A stretch of 64,000 bases of DNA from a virus, in IMG/VR virus record IMGVR_UViG_3300035670_000024. One strand, 5' to 3'. Of this stretch, positions 38,191 to 49,381 are shown in pieces. Position 1 is the stretch's first letter; every line of letters starts with the position of its first letter. The position numbers and the translations under genes were made by a program. The notes beneath the pieces were generated by a model. It was given only the letters and a program-made list of their open reading frames with translations, was not told where the DNA came from and searched no databases.

Positions 38191-39179
38191 TTAAAAATAA
38201 AATCTCTTATAAAATTTTTAGATGCTTTAACCAAATATGCGGCATTATCTTGATATCCAAAGGTTATTAGATAATCATTTTTATATTCTGCCATTCCTAC
38301 AGCAAATTCAATTTCTGCATTTATAAAAGAAAATTGTTTAGACACTTTTACGATATTCCAATCTTTGTCCCATACAACAAAACGATGACGATAAACTCCA
38401 TCTTTTCTACCTGCAGGACTTTTTGTAAGATATGTTTCATGAGTTAAGCAAAATCTATAATCATCTCCAAGAGGAATAATCTGAGAACCACCTCTTAAAT
38501 CAATAGTTCCAAAATCTTTCCAATCTTTTTTTATAATACTGGTAGTAGTGTTACTTTCAATGTCATATTTTACGATTTCAGTTCCATTTGTCCATTTTAC
38601 ATAATGATATGGCATGTCAAGAATAGGCATCCAATTCTTATTGCAATATTCTTCGTCTGGAGGTGGAGCAGGAATGCGATGTTGATTAATTTCTTTTACA
38701 CCATTCTCCGTAATTTCTAGTTCGGAAAGTTCCATTCTTCCCGTTCCAATTGTATCTAAATCTCTTCTCACTCCAGTTATGTAAAGTTTGTCGTTCCAAC
38801 GGACAATACGACAGTCTTCTAATCCAACAAAATCCCACAACTCTTTATCTGGGAACTTTGAAGTATCAATATAATGATATTTTTTAATTCTCATATCATC
38901 ATCCATTTCGCACATAATATTCCATGTGCGGAGATGCATATCATTTTCTGGATGAATATAAACTAAAGGTCCCCAAGGGTGTTCAAATTTTTTCTTTTCT
39001 GAATGATATAGTGTATAATTGATATTTCTGAGATTTACTAAAATCTTATCTCCATCAATGTAAACCGAAGGATTTGTAAGTGCCGGCCCTTTTAGTTCAT
39101 TTGATGGAATAATTAAAGGATAAATGCTTCCTCCATTTTGGAGAGCAATTTTGACGAAGTTCATTTCATCTGCTGTCAT
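38187..39179 (-). CDS. Five-bladed beta-propeller glycosidase/phosphorylase-like protein (GH130/GH43-type fold)
   Basis: NPSV, GLEDCRIV, NKNWMP, LRGGS, IEFAVGM, ITFG.QD. Confidence 0.7.
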   Translation of the reverse strand: MTADEMNFVKIALQNGGSIYPLIIPSNELKGPALTNPSVYIDGDKILVNLRNINYTLYHSEKKKFEHPWGPLVYIHPENDMHLRTWNIMCEMDDDMRIKKYHYIDTSKFPDKELWDFVGLEDCRIVRWNDKLYITGVRRDLDTIGTGRMELSELEITENGVKEINQHRIPAPPPDEEYCNKNWMPILDMPYHYVKWTNGTEIVKYDIESNTTTSIIKKDWKDFGTIDLRGGSQIIPLGDDYRFCLTHETYLTKSPAGRKDGVYRHRFVVWDKDWNIVKVSKQFSFINAEIEFAVGMAEYKNDYLITFGYQDNAAYLVKASKNFIRDFIFK

Positions 39180-39201
39180 AAAAAATATGAATAATTTTAG
39201 A

Positions 39202-39208
39202 TATTTAT
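39202..39208 (-). promoter_or_regulatory. T4-type late promoter heading the glycan block
   Basis: ATAAATA about 22 nt upstream of the 39179 ATG; TATAAT also at 39215-39220. Confidence 0.5.
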
Positions 39209-39228
39209 TTTCCTATTATAGCACGGTT

Positions 39229-39963
39229 TTAAAATAATGTAGAAAATGAGTATCCAGCAGCAGGAGGCCTCGGGCCGCCAAAAGATGCAACAATCAAAGA
39301 ATGACGAGCATTAATCGCAGAAGTCGTAGCGTCAAAACCACCAGTAGGATCTCCTAACACATTAGTTCTAGCAACGGCAATAGAACCGTCAGCACCTGAA
39401 GTAGATGTTTGCTCACCAATTTCAGTCATCGCAGTTGGACCAGTTGTATAATCCTGAGAACTCCAAGTAACTTCCTGACCACCAATACATAACATAATTT
39501 CCAAATAATCATCAGGAGTATCAGTTAAAAAACTCCTAGTATATCCACCAGTAGTCACATTTCCCGATGCACCAGTCGCAAGAGTGTTCACAGAACTTCC
39601 TGCTACAGGATTTATAAGGTCTTGTCCCGTGATTCTCACTACATAACCAAAAGCAAGGTCGGGAAATTGTTCTCCAGTTACTGCGCCAAATATAAAACTT
39701 GGGTTTGTTGCACCCCTTTTAATCCACGCCATTAAACCAGAACCAATTGCCTGGTTGTTTGTATTCTCATTTCCAGTTACAAGGGTCCTTTCTATAATCT
39801 GCCAATCAGCAGGAAGTGAAGGTGTTGTTGCTCCACGAAATGATATACAAGCAACTAAAAGGTCATCAGTTGTTAATCCAGCAGGAGCATTAAGTGTTAG
39901 AGAACCATTAGTTGTGGTTGTCTTTGTTGCTACTGTAGATATTGCTTGATATGCGATTGCCAT
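39229..39963 (-). CDS. Putative fibre-tip/adhesin beta-sandwich protein
   Basis: Thr/Ser/Gly-rich; P.G...DDLLVA..P.DW pattern; directly follows a fibre gene. Confidence 0.55.
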   Translation of the reverse strand: MAIAYQAISTVATKTTTTNGSLTLNAPAGLTTDDLLVACISFRGATTPSLPADWQIIERTLVTGNENTNNQAIGSGLMAWIKRGATNPSFIFGAVTGEQFPDLAFGYVVRITGQDLINPVAGSSVNTLATGASGNVTTGGYTRSFLTDTPDDYLEIMLCIGGQEVTWSSQDYTTGPTAMTEIGEQTSTSGADGSIAVARTNVLGDPTGGFDATTSAINARHSLIVASFGGPRPPAAGYSFSTLF

Positions 39964-39967
39964 AATA

Positions 39968-41356
39968 TTATCTTGGTACTAAACGAAGTGCTACCGTAAC
40001 TCTTGTAACTGTGGTTGCACTATCAACTTGAAATTCTAACACGTCTCTAGCAGAAAGTGTAGTCGTCCAAGAAGATAAAGTAAGGTCTTCTGCTTTTTGT
40101 GCTGAAGATAGTGTTGGAAGTTCTGTTCCTGCGATAGAAGCAGTTGTTGGGAAGTTTGTATAAGTTGCTCTGTTTACATCAACCACAATACTTCCTGATT
40201 GGTCGGCAATAATAGTCCAACCCGTAACTGTATAATCACCATCTAATACAATATGTCCCTTAATACCTGTAGTAATTGCAGAACCACCACCATCAATTAC
40301 AAAATTCAGAGTTCTTGTATTAGAAACAAATGAGGCATTTTGCGAAGCATCAAATTGTAAAACTTCATCAGCGGCACCATTTGCAGCAGGAAGAGTGATA
40401 GTGTAGTTTGATGTGATTGATGCCGGAGCAGTAATGGCAGCAAAGTTAGAATTATCTGCATCCATAAAATGTAATGGGGCATCATCAAGAATTCTTACAA
40501 ATCCAGTTCCGTTTGGATTTAAATCAATATTTCCATTTGTGTTTGTAGATGAAACCTCGTTACCATTGATGTTAATGTTATCAACCTGTAAAGAACCTAA
40601 AGTTCCTACAGAAGTCAAGGAAGAATTGACAACTCCACTTCCTAAAGTTGTTGCAGTTAAAACTGGAGTACCATTAATTTCATAATCCCCTCCAGTTGCT
40701 ACATTAACTCCACCCGTAACGGAAAGAATATCAGTAGTCTTATTATAAGTTAATCCAGCATCACCACCAAATACTCCAGCATCATTAAACTGAACTTGAG
40801 TATCAGAACCACCAGGATTTCCACTAGTTCCTGAATTATCATCTGCCCAAGTTAAAGAAGCAGTATTTGCCGTTGGTGTTGGGGAAGAAGCAATTTTAAG
40901 AACCTGTCCTGCTGTTCCAACTGTATCGGGAAGAATATAAGAACGATTGCCAGCAACGGTAGAAGATGCCGCAAACCCAACATAGTTAGAATTATCACTA
41001 TCTCCAAATCTTAATGCTGCGGCAGAAGAAACATAAAGATTAGTTCCGTCAGTTGTTACGGCAGCACCAGCAAAAGCACCACCGTTATTATACTGAATTT
41101 GATTTGTAGAACCACCAGGAGAAGCAGAAACTGCTGCCCAACTTGTGGTTCCTGAACCATCAGTTTTTAAATAATAATCAGGTGTTCCATCATCTGCTGG
41201 TAGTGTGAATGTATAAGCAGTTCCTACAGTATCAGGAACCTTAATATCAATATGTGAATTCTCATCAGCATCTAATAATCTTATTTTTGCTCCTGTGTTT
41301 CCTACACCAAGAACTTCTGGATTTTTAAGTATTTGACCTCTTGATAATTCCGCCAT
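39968..41356 (-). CDS. Tail fibre protein with internal repeats (start probably MAELSRG at 41356)
   Basis: Three D.D.S....A/P....YT.TLP...G..L repeats, two PGGS..Q.Q.N..G.F.G repeats, C-terminal IDGGGSAITTG domain. Confidence 0.7.
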   Translation of the reverse strand: MAELSRGQILKNPEVLGVGNTGAKIRLLDADENSHIDIKVPDTVGTAYTFTLPADDGTPDYYLKTDGSGTTSWAAVSASPGGSTNQIQYNNGGAFAGAAVTTDGTNLYVSSAAALRFGDSDNSNYVGFAASSTVAGNRSYILPDTVGTAGQVLKIASSPTPTANTASLTWADDNSGTSGNPGGSDTQVQFNDAGVFGGDAGLTYNKTTDILSVTGGVNVATGGDYEINGTPVLTATTLGSGVVNSSLTSVGTLGSLQVDNININGNEVSSTNTNGNIDLNPNGTGFVRILDDAPLHFMDADNSNFAAITAPASITSNYTITLPAANGAADEVLQFDASQNASFVSNTRTLNFVIDGGGSAITTGIKGHIVLDGDYTVTGWTIIADQSGSIVVDVNRATYTNFPTTASIAGTELPTLSSAQKAEDLTLSSWTTTLSARDVLEFQVDSATTVTRVTVALRLVPR

Positions 41357-44238
41357 TATGCTTGTGCCTCCGTCCATCTAAGAACTAAATCAACTGATGC
41401 AGACTGTGAGTTATTGTTAGTTACATAAAAAACAATAACTTCAGGTCCATCTGGATAAGTATTATTTCCTCCAATAACTGAGTTTTGTACTTCTTTAATT
41501 GCACTTAAATCATATACTGTAGTTCCAGAAGAAGACAAATACCTAAACAGAACTTCCCCATCAACTGGTGCAGTTCCTCCAAGAATTGTTCCTCCTGAAG
41601 TTGCATATTGTGCAAAAGATGGTTGGAATACATTTGAAACACCTACAGTTGTGGTGTTTGCATTCAACCAAGTTGCAGCACCTACATTACTTGGATTGAG
41701 AATAGCAGAAATTTCAAGGTTTCTAGCAGAGTTATTATTTAATCCAAGTTCTCTAAGAGTAATTTGAGAACGATTGATAACTTCTCTTTCTCCAAGAAGT
41801 CCTGGAATTGTATTTGAAACTGATGGTGCTGGACGGAAAAGGAGAATTGCGGTAGAAGAGTTGCCAGCAACAGAGACATTCGTTCTTGATAGGTTAAATA
41901 GATATCCACTATCTTGGTCAAAACCACCATCCATAATGACCGCAGAACCCCAGTGTGAGATAGTAGGAGCACAAGTATTATTGAGTAGAATAACACTTGA
42001 ACCTGCTGGATGATTATAGGAATTTGTTGAACCACTAAAAGTTCTGTTTGCCCCAGAAAGATATTGAATATAAGATGTTGCTGTTGTAACTCCAGTAAGA
42101 GTGTTACCCGATTTACCAGTATAAGACATCAGTTCATGATAAATTGTTCCTGATTGATTACTTGTTACCATTACAATATTAGAAGAAATTCCAACTGGAG
42201 GAACTGGGAATCTTGAAGCATCTGATAAAGTTAAAGATGTGGTTGTTATTCCTGTTGCCACTGCTAACTTATCAATTGCAGAAGTATTTGAAACCTCATA
42301 ACGACAAGGGAGGTTTCCACTTCTCATGTATGCTTCATCATTAATATTGTTGTTCTTCATACGATGAGCAGTAATAAATTCACCAGCAGGCCCACGAAGC
42401 ATAAAGTCAATAAATCCAGCACCATACCAAGAATATTGAATTCCAAGCATCTGCATTTTTGCTAAGTCAACATGATAACCTGATGGTGTATCAGTCCCAT
42501 CAATACGATCTATATTGAATTGACTTTGTGGAACTCTGAGTTCTCTTACAATCGTTGGTTTAACTCCTGATGCAGTTGCTCCACGATTTTCTGGTGAAAT
42601 TGAAAGTGAAGTATTACTTGTAATCGTTGAGACTAAGTATGTTTGCCCGCGAATTGTAATCAGGTCTCCTACCTTAAGTTGCTCTGTAAATCTTGTGTTT
42701 GTTCCTGTGACTGTTTGAGAACCATTAGTGACTGCAACAGTTCCCGCAAGTTGGAAAGTAGAAGACCTCCTTACAACGGCAAGTTCTTGTCCATCATACT
42801 CCCAGAACATTCCGTTTGAGTCATCAAAAAGCCCACAACGAATTGATGCACCTACCCATTTAATTACAGCAATTCTTGGTTGCGCTTCTAATACTGCAGT
42901 GGCATCCGTTGGCGCTGGACTTCCCGCTGCTACAGTAAATGTAAATTCATTTGTAATTGATTTTACCTCATACTCTCCATTATAATTTACCGAAGTAATA
43001 CCATAAAGTCTTACAGTTGCACCTCTTTGAAGACCATGAGGAACCTGTGTTGTTACACTAATATCTGGAGCAGAATAAGTAACTGTTTGAATATCAAAAA
43101 CTGGATTAAAAAGTGTTCCTGTAGAGAATAAGACTCCTTTACCAGACTGATAACGGAAATATCTTTTTGACTGCCTCTTTGCTTCTAGTCCATGAATTGG
43201 TAGTGATGGTCCCATCAAAACTCCACCATCAAATGGACGATGAATAAAGAAACTATCATTAATCGCATAAACAGAAACATTAGTTGTTGTAATAGAACCA
43301 TTTGTTACTGTTTGCCCAGCATCATAAGAAATCTGTGTTCCATTTATAACTGTATTGACGAAAAATCTACCTTCATGTGCTTGCGTTCCTGCAGTTGTAT
43401 CGACGATATAAATTGGAGAACCAGGAACAAGACCATGAGGACTTCCAAAGGTAACAGTAACAATTCCTCCTGCACCATTACCACTCATGGTGGATAAATC
43501 CATCGGTGTTCCTGCATAAACACCACCTTCCTTAACAACTGTGTAAGGATTACTTAGACTTCCAGTAGCAATACTACCTTTTGCTAGATAATCAAAAGTT
43601 GTGGTTCCGTTGGTTGCAATTACAACAAACAAACCATCAGCAAGAGTATTCGTAGTTCCAGTTACGGCAAATGGAGTTCCAACAGGAAGTGCTTGTCCAC
43701 TTTCCACAGTAACACGAACTGTTGAATAAGTTGCAGCACCTAGAGAAGAAACATCAGTAACTGTAAGTGCAGGACCAGGAAGTTCAAAGAATGATGGAAT
43801 ATTACGATTGAGACCTAATGACTGCCATTTAGTATTCTGTAATCCATATTCAAAGTCAGCATCAATCAGTGATTGGGGTTGTGCAATTCTTATTCTTTCA
43901 ATCGCATCAATGGCAAACTCGTAAGGACGAACTTTTAATCCGTGCTGTTCATCATCAATAAAAATTGAAAGTTCATCACTATCAGACATTCCAGTTGTAT
44001 CATATTCTAATATGATATCAGTATATCCATCAGTAGAATTTTCAAAATCAGTATCAGTTGTTGGTAGAGGATAATAAGTCGCAGTAAATCCTTTACCTGG
44101 GTCTAGTTGACTTGCAATTACAATTCCATCAGTTGCATTCACAATCAGTAAGATATCATTAACAGTATGTCTATCTGAAATTCTTATCTTCTTTTCAGAA
44201 GCATAAAAACGATATCTTTCTTCTCTTCTTCTTGCCAT
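41356..44238 (-). CDS. Large virion structural protein
   Basis: 960-aa beta-rich protein; SLIDADFEYGLQ.TKW, RQSKRYFRYQSGKG, YSWYGAG, MRSGNLP.RYE motifs of myovirus structural proteins. Confidence 0.7.
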   Translation of the reverse strand: MARRREERYRFYASEKKIRISDRHTVNDILLIVNATDGIVIASQLDPGKGFTATYYPLPTTDTDFENSTDGYTDIILEYDTTGMSDSDELSIFIDDEQHGLKVRPYEFAIDAIERIRIAQPQSLIDADFEYGLQNTKWQSLGLNRNIPSFFELPGPALTVTDVSSLGAATYSTVRVTVESGQALPVGTPFAVTGTTNTLADGLFVVIATNGTTTFDYLAKGSIATGSLSNPYTVVKEGGVYAGTPMDLSTMSGNGAGGIVTVTFGSPHGLVPGSPIYIVDTTAGTQAHEGRFFVNTVINGTQISYDAGQTVTNGSITTTNVSVYAINDSFFIHRPFDGGVLMGPSLPIHGLEAKRQSKRYFRYQSGKGVLFSTGTLFNPVFDIQTVTYSAPDISVTTQVPHGLQRGATVRLYGITSVNYNGEYEVKSITNEFTFTVAAGSPAPTDATAVLEAQPRIAVIKWVGASIRCGLFDDSNGMFWEYDGQELAVVRRSSTFQLAGTVAVTNGSQTVTGTNTRFTEQLKVGDLITIRGQTYLVSTITSNTSLSISPENRGATASGVKPTIVRELRVPQSQFNIDRIDGTDTPSGYHVDLAKMQMLGIQYSWYGAGFIDFMLRGPAGEFITAHRMKNNNINDEAYMRSGNLPCRYEVSNTSAIDKLAVATGITTTSLTLSDASRFPVPPVGISSNIVMVTSNQSGTIYHELMSYTGKSGNTLTGVTTATSYIQYLSGANRTFSGSTNSYNHPAGSSVILLNNTCAPTISHWGSAVIMDGGFDQDSGYLFNLSRTNVSVAGNSSTAILLFRPAPSVSNTIPGLLGEREVINRSQITLRELGLNNNSARNLEISAILNPSNVGAATWLNANTTTVGVSNVFQPSFAQYATSGGTILGGTAPVDGEVLFRYLSSSGTTVYDLSAIKEVQNSVIGGNNTYPDGPEVIVFYVTNNNSQSASVDLVLRWTEAQA

Positions 44239-44244
44239 CTTTAG

Positions 44245-46263
44245 TTAAACTCCGAATACGATGCTGTATGAAATGGATTGTTCCGCTGTTACAAATGAAG
44301 TTGTTGGAGAACTGGTAGATTTAATTGCAACTCCAAAGAATACTTGTCCTGCTTTAGGTGCCTCAACAAAATTAATTTTGATTGGGTCAGTTGTTCTATT
44401 TGTACCACCACTAATATAAAAACCTGCAGTTTGTGATGGGTCTGGTTGTTGAACTATTCCTCCTACAGAAATAAGTAGTCGTGCTGCACTATCTATCTCA
44501 CTATTTATGAAATTACCTGAATTATCGGAAATGATAAATTGAGTTGTTGAACCATTAAAGAGTGAAGAAATATCATTCAAAATTACGGATTGATCAGGAA
44601 CAGATGCTGTTGACCCAACAGCACCTTGTAGACCTTGTAGACCCTGCGATCCTTGAAGACCTTGAACACTGCCAGCAAGACCTTGAACACCTTGATTTGC
44701 TAACCCTTGAAGACCTTGGAGACCTTGAGATCCTGATATACCTTGATTGCTAAGACCTTGAACACCTTGAGAACCTTGTGATCCTGAAGTTCCCTGAGAA
44801 CCTGAAGTACCTTGAGAACCAACACCTTGAGTTCCTTGTAATCCTTGAGATCCTTGAGATCCTTGAGATCCTGAAGTACCTTGAGAACCAACACCTTGAG
44901 TTCCTTGTAGTCCTTGAGAACCTTGAGAACCAGAAATACCTTGATTACTTAAACCCTGAGTACCCTGTAATCCTTGAGAACCTTGAGATCCTGATGTTCC
45001 TTGAGAACCAGAAATACCTTGATTACTTAAACCTTGAGTTCCTTGTAGTCCCTGTGAACCCTGAGAACCTGAAGTACCTTGTGATCCAGAAGTTCCTTGA
45101 TTACTTAAACCTTGCGTTCCTTGTCTACCCTGAAGTCCTTGAGCACCTTGAGATCCAGATGTTCCTTGAGATCCAGAAGTTCCCTGAGAACCTGAAGTAC
45201 CTTGAGAACCAACACCTTGAGTTCCTTGTAGTCCTTGAGAACCTTGAGAACCAGAAATACCTTGATTACTTAAACCTTGAGTTCCTTGCAGTCCTTGAGA
45301 TCCTGATGTACCTTGAGAACCAGAAATGCCTTGATTACTTAGACCTTGTGTACCTTGTAGTCCCTGAGAACCTTGCGATCCAGAAGTACCTTGGGAACCA
45401 GATGTTCCTTGAGATCCTGCTATACCTTGATTACTTAAACCTTGAGTTCCTTGTCTACCCTGAAGACCTTGAGAACCTTGAGATCCTGATGTACCTTGAG
45501 AACCAGAAATACCTTGATTACTTAAACCCTGAGTTCCTTGTAGTCCCTGTGAACCCTGAGATCCTGATACACCTTGATTACTTAATCCTTGATTACCTTG
45601 AACACCTTGTCTACCCTGAAGACCTTGAGAACCTTGTGATCCTGATGTTCCCTGAGATCCAGAAATACCTTGATTACTTAAACCTTGAATACCCTGTAAT
45701 CCTTGAAAACCTTGAGATCCAGAAATACCTTGATTACTTAAACCTTGAGTACCTTGATTTCCTTGTAATCCCTGTGATCCCTGAGATCCTGATGTACCTT
45801 GGGAACCAGAAATACCTTGATTACTTAAACCTTGAGTTCCTTGTCTTCCCTGTAATCCTTGAAACCCTTGAGAACCTAAAGTACCTTGATTACCTTGTAC
45901 TCCTTGACTTCCTGAAGAACCTTGAAGTCCTTGATCTCCACGAATTTGTCCTACATTATCCCAGTCAGTTCCCGTATAAACCCACAAATCACCAGTATTT
46001 TCCTCAATAACACCATCACCTGCAAAGGGAGGATACCAAGAAAATTGAGTATCGTCGTTAGTTAATGTAGTATGGGGTTCCGATGTAGTAACACTAGTAA
46101 CAACACCAACAATAGTTACAGAAGTTCCATCAGTACCAGATTTTCCCTGAACACCTTGATTTGAAAAACCTTGGATTCCCTGTTCACCGATTATTCCTTG
46201 AACACCTTGAGCGCCTTGATCGCCTTTAAATGTTCCTCCAATAATAGTACTTAGAAATGCCAC
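44245..46263 (-). CDS. Collagen-like (Gly-X-Gln) fibre protein 4
   Basis: About 440 aa of GXQ/GXS triplets; C-terminal DIS..FNG.TT.F..GIVQQP..INF.EAP domain; GTG start; late motif at 46286-46292. Confidence 0.85.
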   Translation of the reverse strand: MAFLSTIIGGTFKGDQGAQGVQGIIGEQGIQGFSNQGVQGKSGTDGTSVTIVGVVTSVTTSEPHTTLTNDDTQFSWYPPFAGDGVIEENTGDLWVYTGTDWDNVGQIRGDQGLQGSSGSQGVQGNQGTLGSQGFQGLQGRQGTQGLSNQGISGSQGTSGSQGSQGLQGNQGTQGLSNQGISGSQGFQGLQGIQGLSNQGISGSQGTSGSQGSQGLQGRQGVQGNQGLSNQGVSGSQGSQGLQGTQGLSNQGISGSQGTSGSQGSQGLQGRQGTQGLSNQGIAGSQGTSGSQGTSGSQGSQGLQGTQGLSNQGISGSQGTSGSQGLQGTQGLSNQGISGSQGSQGLQGTQGVGSQGTSGSQGTSGSQGTSGSQGAQGLQGRQGTQGLSNQGTSGSQGTSGSQGSQGLQGTQGLSNQGISGSQGTSGSQGSQGLQGTQGLSNQGISGSQGSQGLQGTQGVGSQGTSGSQGSQGSQGLQGTQGVGSQGTSGSQGTSGSQGSQGVQGLSNQGISGSQGLQGLQGLANQGVQGLAGSVQGLQGSQGLQGLQGAVGSTASVPDQSVILNDISSLFNGSTTQFIISDNSGNFINSEIDSAARLLISVGGIVQQPDPSQTAGFYISGGTNRTTDPIKINFVEAPKAGQVFFGVAIKSTSSPTTSFVTAEQSISYSIVFGV

Positions 46264-46334
46264 GGTTTATCTTTTTATTTTTTATTATTTATTTAATAAT
46301 TATAATAATGAATTATAATAATGTTGTTGTTCAG

Positions 46335-48491
46335 TCATCCTTTCAATTCATTCAGTTGATTTTCAAGATTATTTATCTGCTTTTGTTGTTCTTTAATTGC
46401 TTCAATTAGAAGTGAAGTTAAGTTTCCGTAAGCAACTGACTTAATACCTGTGCTATCTTCCATAACAATTTCAGGAAGTACTTTTTCAACTTCTTGTGCA
46501 ATTACACCAACATATCTTCTTTCTTTATCTTCTTGGTCATTTCTATTAAATGTAACACCACGAATTTGAGAAACTTTATCTAATGCATTTGTAATGGTTT
46601 CAATATTTTCTTTGAGTTTGATATCAGAGTTTGCAGTGACTGTTCCAGATGCAGTTATATTTCCATTAGAACCTAAAGTAATAACTGCTGATCCACTTCT
46701 ATTTCCACCATAAATTTGTGTTCCACTTGAAAATCTCATTGCACAATAACCTGTATTCAGGTCTACAATATCACCATCATCTGCAAGAATAATTCCTCCA
46801 CCAGTTGCATTACCAGTTGATACTGTTAAATTTCCCGATAAACTTATATTAGAGGCATTGAAGTTTCCACCAATAGTAAGATCACTTGTACTTGGATTAA
46901 AACTAAATGCAGTTGTCGCCGTTCTTACTGATGGAGTTTGGTTAGTACCTGCAGCAGCGACAAATACTGGGAAAAACGATGCATTTGTGGTTACTGCTGT
47001 TGCATTTATTGCAGTAGAAGGGCCTGCAGTACCTACAGTTCCTTGAGCACCTGAAGTTCCTTGAGAACCAGATGTTCCTTGAGAACCTGATGTACCTTGA
47101 TTACTTAAACCTTGAGTACCTTGTCTACCCTGAAGACCTTGAGCACCTTGAGAACCTGCTGCACCTTGAGTACCTGATGTACCTTGAGCACCTGATGTAC
47201 CTTGAGCACCTGATGTACCTTGGAAACCTGCTGTACCTTGAGCACCTGAAGTTCCTTGAGAACCTGCTACACCTTGATTACTTAAACCCTGAGTACCTTG
47301 TCTACCCTGAAGTCCTTGAGCACCTTGAGATCCTGCTATACCTTGATTACTTAAACCCTGAGTACCTTGTCTACCCTGAAGTCCTTGAGCACCTTGAGAT
47401 CCTGCTATACCTTGATTGCTTAAACCTTGAACCCCTTGATTGCCTTGTAATCCTTGAGAACCTTGGGATCCTGATGTACCTTGAGAACCAGAAATACCTT
47501 GATTACTTAAACCTTGAGTTCCTTGTCTTCCCTGAAGTCCCTGAGCACCTTGAGAACCAGAAATACCTTGATTACTTAAACCTTGAGCACCTTGAGATCC
47601 TTGAGTACCTGATGCGCCTTGAGTACCTGATGTACCTTGAGAACCTGCTACACCTTGATTACTTAAACCTTGAGTACCTTGTCTACCCTGAAGACCTTGA
47701 GCACCTTGAGAACCTGCTGCACCTTGAGTACCTGATGTACCTTGAGCACCTGATGTACCTTGAGCACCTGATGTACCTTGGAAACCTGCTACACCTTGAT
47801 TACTTAAACCTTGAGCACCTTGATTTCCCTGCAATCCTTGAGATCCTTGAGAACCTGCTATACCTTGATTACTTAAACCTTGAGTTCCTTGTCTTCCCTG
47901 GAGACCTTGAGCGCCTTGGGATCCAGAAATACCTTGATTGCTTAAACCTTGAACCCCTTGATTGCCTTGTAATCCTTGAGAACCTTGGGATCCTGATGTA
48001 CCTTGATTACTTAAACCTTGAACCCCTTGATTGCCTTGTAATCCTTGATTTCCCTGAGAACCTATTGTTCCCTGATTTCCCTGTAATCCTTGAGATCCTT
48101 GAGAACCTGCTATACCTTGATTACTTAAACCTTGAGTTCCTTGTCTACCCTGAAGACCTTGATTACCTTGAACACCTTGATTGCTTAAACCTTGAACACC
48201 TTGATTACCCTGAAGACCTTGAACACCCTGATTTGATAATCCCTGTAGACCTTGATTTCCTTGTAATCCCTGAGAACCTTGAGATCCAGAAATGCCTTGA
48301 GATCCTTGATTACTTAAACCTTGTGTTCCTTGAGTACCTTGAGTACCTTGAAGACCTTGAGAACCAGAAGTGCCTTGAACACCTTCAGAAGGCATTAAAT
48401 CCCATGCTTCTCCATTAAACTTCCAGGTTCTACCCCCAAGAGAATATGTGGTTACATTTGCAATAGGGTTAATTGGAAAATCTAAAGGCAT
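46335..48491 (-). CDS. Collagen-like fibre protein 3 with C-terminal peptidase S74 intramolecular chaperone
   Basis: GXQ triplets; SDIKLKENI..ALDKV..GV.F..GVIAQEVEKVLPE..SVAYG..LIEAIKEQ. Confidence 0.9.
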   Translation of the reverse strand: MPLDFPINPIANVTTYSLGGRTWKFNGEAWDLMPSEGVQGTSGSQGLQGTQGTQGTQGLSNQGSQGISGSQGSQGLQGNQGLQGLSNQGVQGLQGNQGVQGLSNQGVQGNQGLQGRQGTQGLSNQGIAGSQGSQGLQGNQGTIGSQGNQGLQGNQGVQGLSNQGTSGSQGSQGLQGNQGVQGLSNQGISGSQGAQGLQGRQGTQGLSNQGIAGSQGSQGLQGNQGAQGLSNQGVAGFQGTSGAQGTSGAQGTSGTQGAAGSQGAQGLQGRQGTQGLSNQGVAGSQGTSGTQGASGTQGSQGAQGLSNQGISGSQGAQGLQGRQGTQGLSNQGISGSQGTSGSQGSQGLQGNQGVQGLSNQGIAGSQGAQGLQGRQGTQGLSNQGIAGSQGAQGLQGRQGTQGLSNQGVAGSQGTSGAQGTAGFQGTSGAQGTSGAQGTSGTQGAAGSQGAQGLQGRQGTQGLSNQGTSGSQGTSGSQGTSGAQGTVGTAGPSTAINATAVTTNASFFPVFVAAAGTNQTPSVRTATTAFSFNPSTSDLTIGGNFNASNISLSGNLTVSTGNATGGGIILADDGDIVDLNTGYCAMRFSSGTQIYGGNRSGSAVITLGSNGNITASGTVTANSDIKLKENIETITNALDKVSQIRGVTFNRNDQEDKERRYVGVIAQEVEKVLPEIVMEDSTGIKSVAYGNLTSLLIEAIKEQQKQINNLENQLNELKG

Positions 48492-48543
48492 TTATTTATA
48501 TTGAATTACTAAATTCTTATTAAAAATATTTATTATCATAATC

Positions 48544-49380
48544 TTATACATCTCCAGTATTTGTGCTTGGAAAAGACCTTCCTGGACCCCAAATAATTCT
48601 AAGTGCTCCAACATCACCATTACCACCGTTACCATTATCCATACCACCTCCACCTCCACCATAATCTCCACCATCTCTTACTACACCAGAAGTTCCTCCA
48701 GAACCACCCCCACCTGGGTTAGCAGCACCACCAGTACCTCCAGTTCCACTAGAACCTTCGCCAAGTATTCCGGTTCCACCGCCACCGCCACCACCAGCGG
48801 CAGAAGAACCGCCACCACCGCCACCACCGCCATCACCATTTCCACCAGCACCATTCGCAGTTCCTCCTACTCCACCATTTCCAGAATATCCACCAGCACC
48901 GCCACCACCACCATTTTGAGATGCAGTTTCTTCACCACCATTGCCACCATCACCACCACCAATATCTCCACCAGTTGCCGTTCCTGTTCCACCAATACCT
49001 GCTGTGGTTGTAGTTCCTTCACCTCCCCCATCGGCTTGAAGTAAAATAGTTCCTCCTCTAGAAATTGATGTATTTCCTCCAGGTTGTCCAGAAGTATTGT
49101 TAGAAGTTGCTCCAGTTCCACCAGCACCCACTGTGACTGTAAGTTCCTCAAAGGGAGTTACTGGAATATTATTATAATATCTCAATCCTCCTCCACCACC
49201 ACCAGCAACTTCTGTGTTGTTTTGTCCACGAGCGCCGCCACCTCCACCACCTATAGCGACAACTGAAATTTGAGTAATTCCAGCCGGAACTGTAAATGTA
49301 AAAGTTCCTGGAGTTGTATATGCTTCTTGACCTGGAGCAGATGGATTGATAAATCCAAGTAAAATAGATGCTATTGTCAT
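48544..49380 (-). CDS. Glycine-rich domain fibre-tip/adhesin-like protein
   Basis: YTTPGTFTFTVPAG..VVAIGGGGGG; poly-Gly loops; GALRIIWG. Confidence 0.75.
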   Translation of the reverse strand: MTIASILLGFINPSAPGQEAYTTPGTFTFTVPAGITQISVVAIGGGGGGARGQNNTEVAGGGGGGLRYYNNIPVTPFEELTVTVGAGGTGATSNNTSGQPGGNTSISRGGTILLQADGGGEGTTTTAGIGGTGTATGGDIGGGDGGNGGEETASQNGGGGGAGGYSGNGGVGGTANGAGGNGDGGGGGGGGSSAAGGGGGGGTGILGEGSSGTGGTGGAANPGGGGSGGTSGVVRDGGDYGGGGGGMDNGNGGNGDVGALRIIWGPGRSFPSTNTGDV

Positions 49381-49381
49381 A

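Noticed and set aside
48492-48674. 60-aa minus-strand ORF abutting the collagen 3 start (and 48867-49151)
   Set aside because: Alternate-frame products of the glycine-rich gene; no evidence for frameshifting or readthrough.
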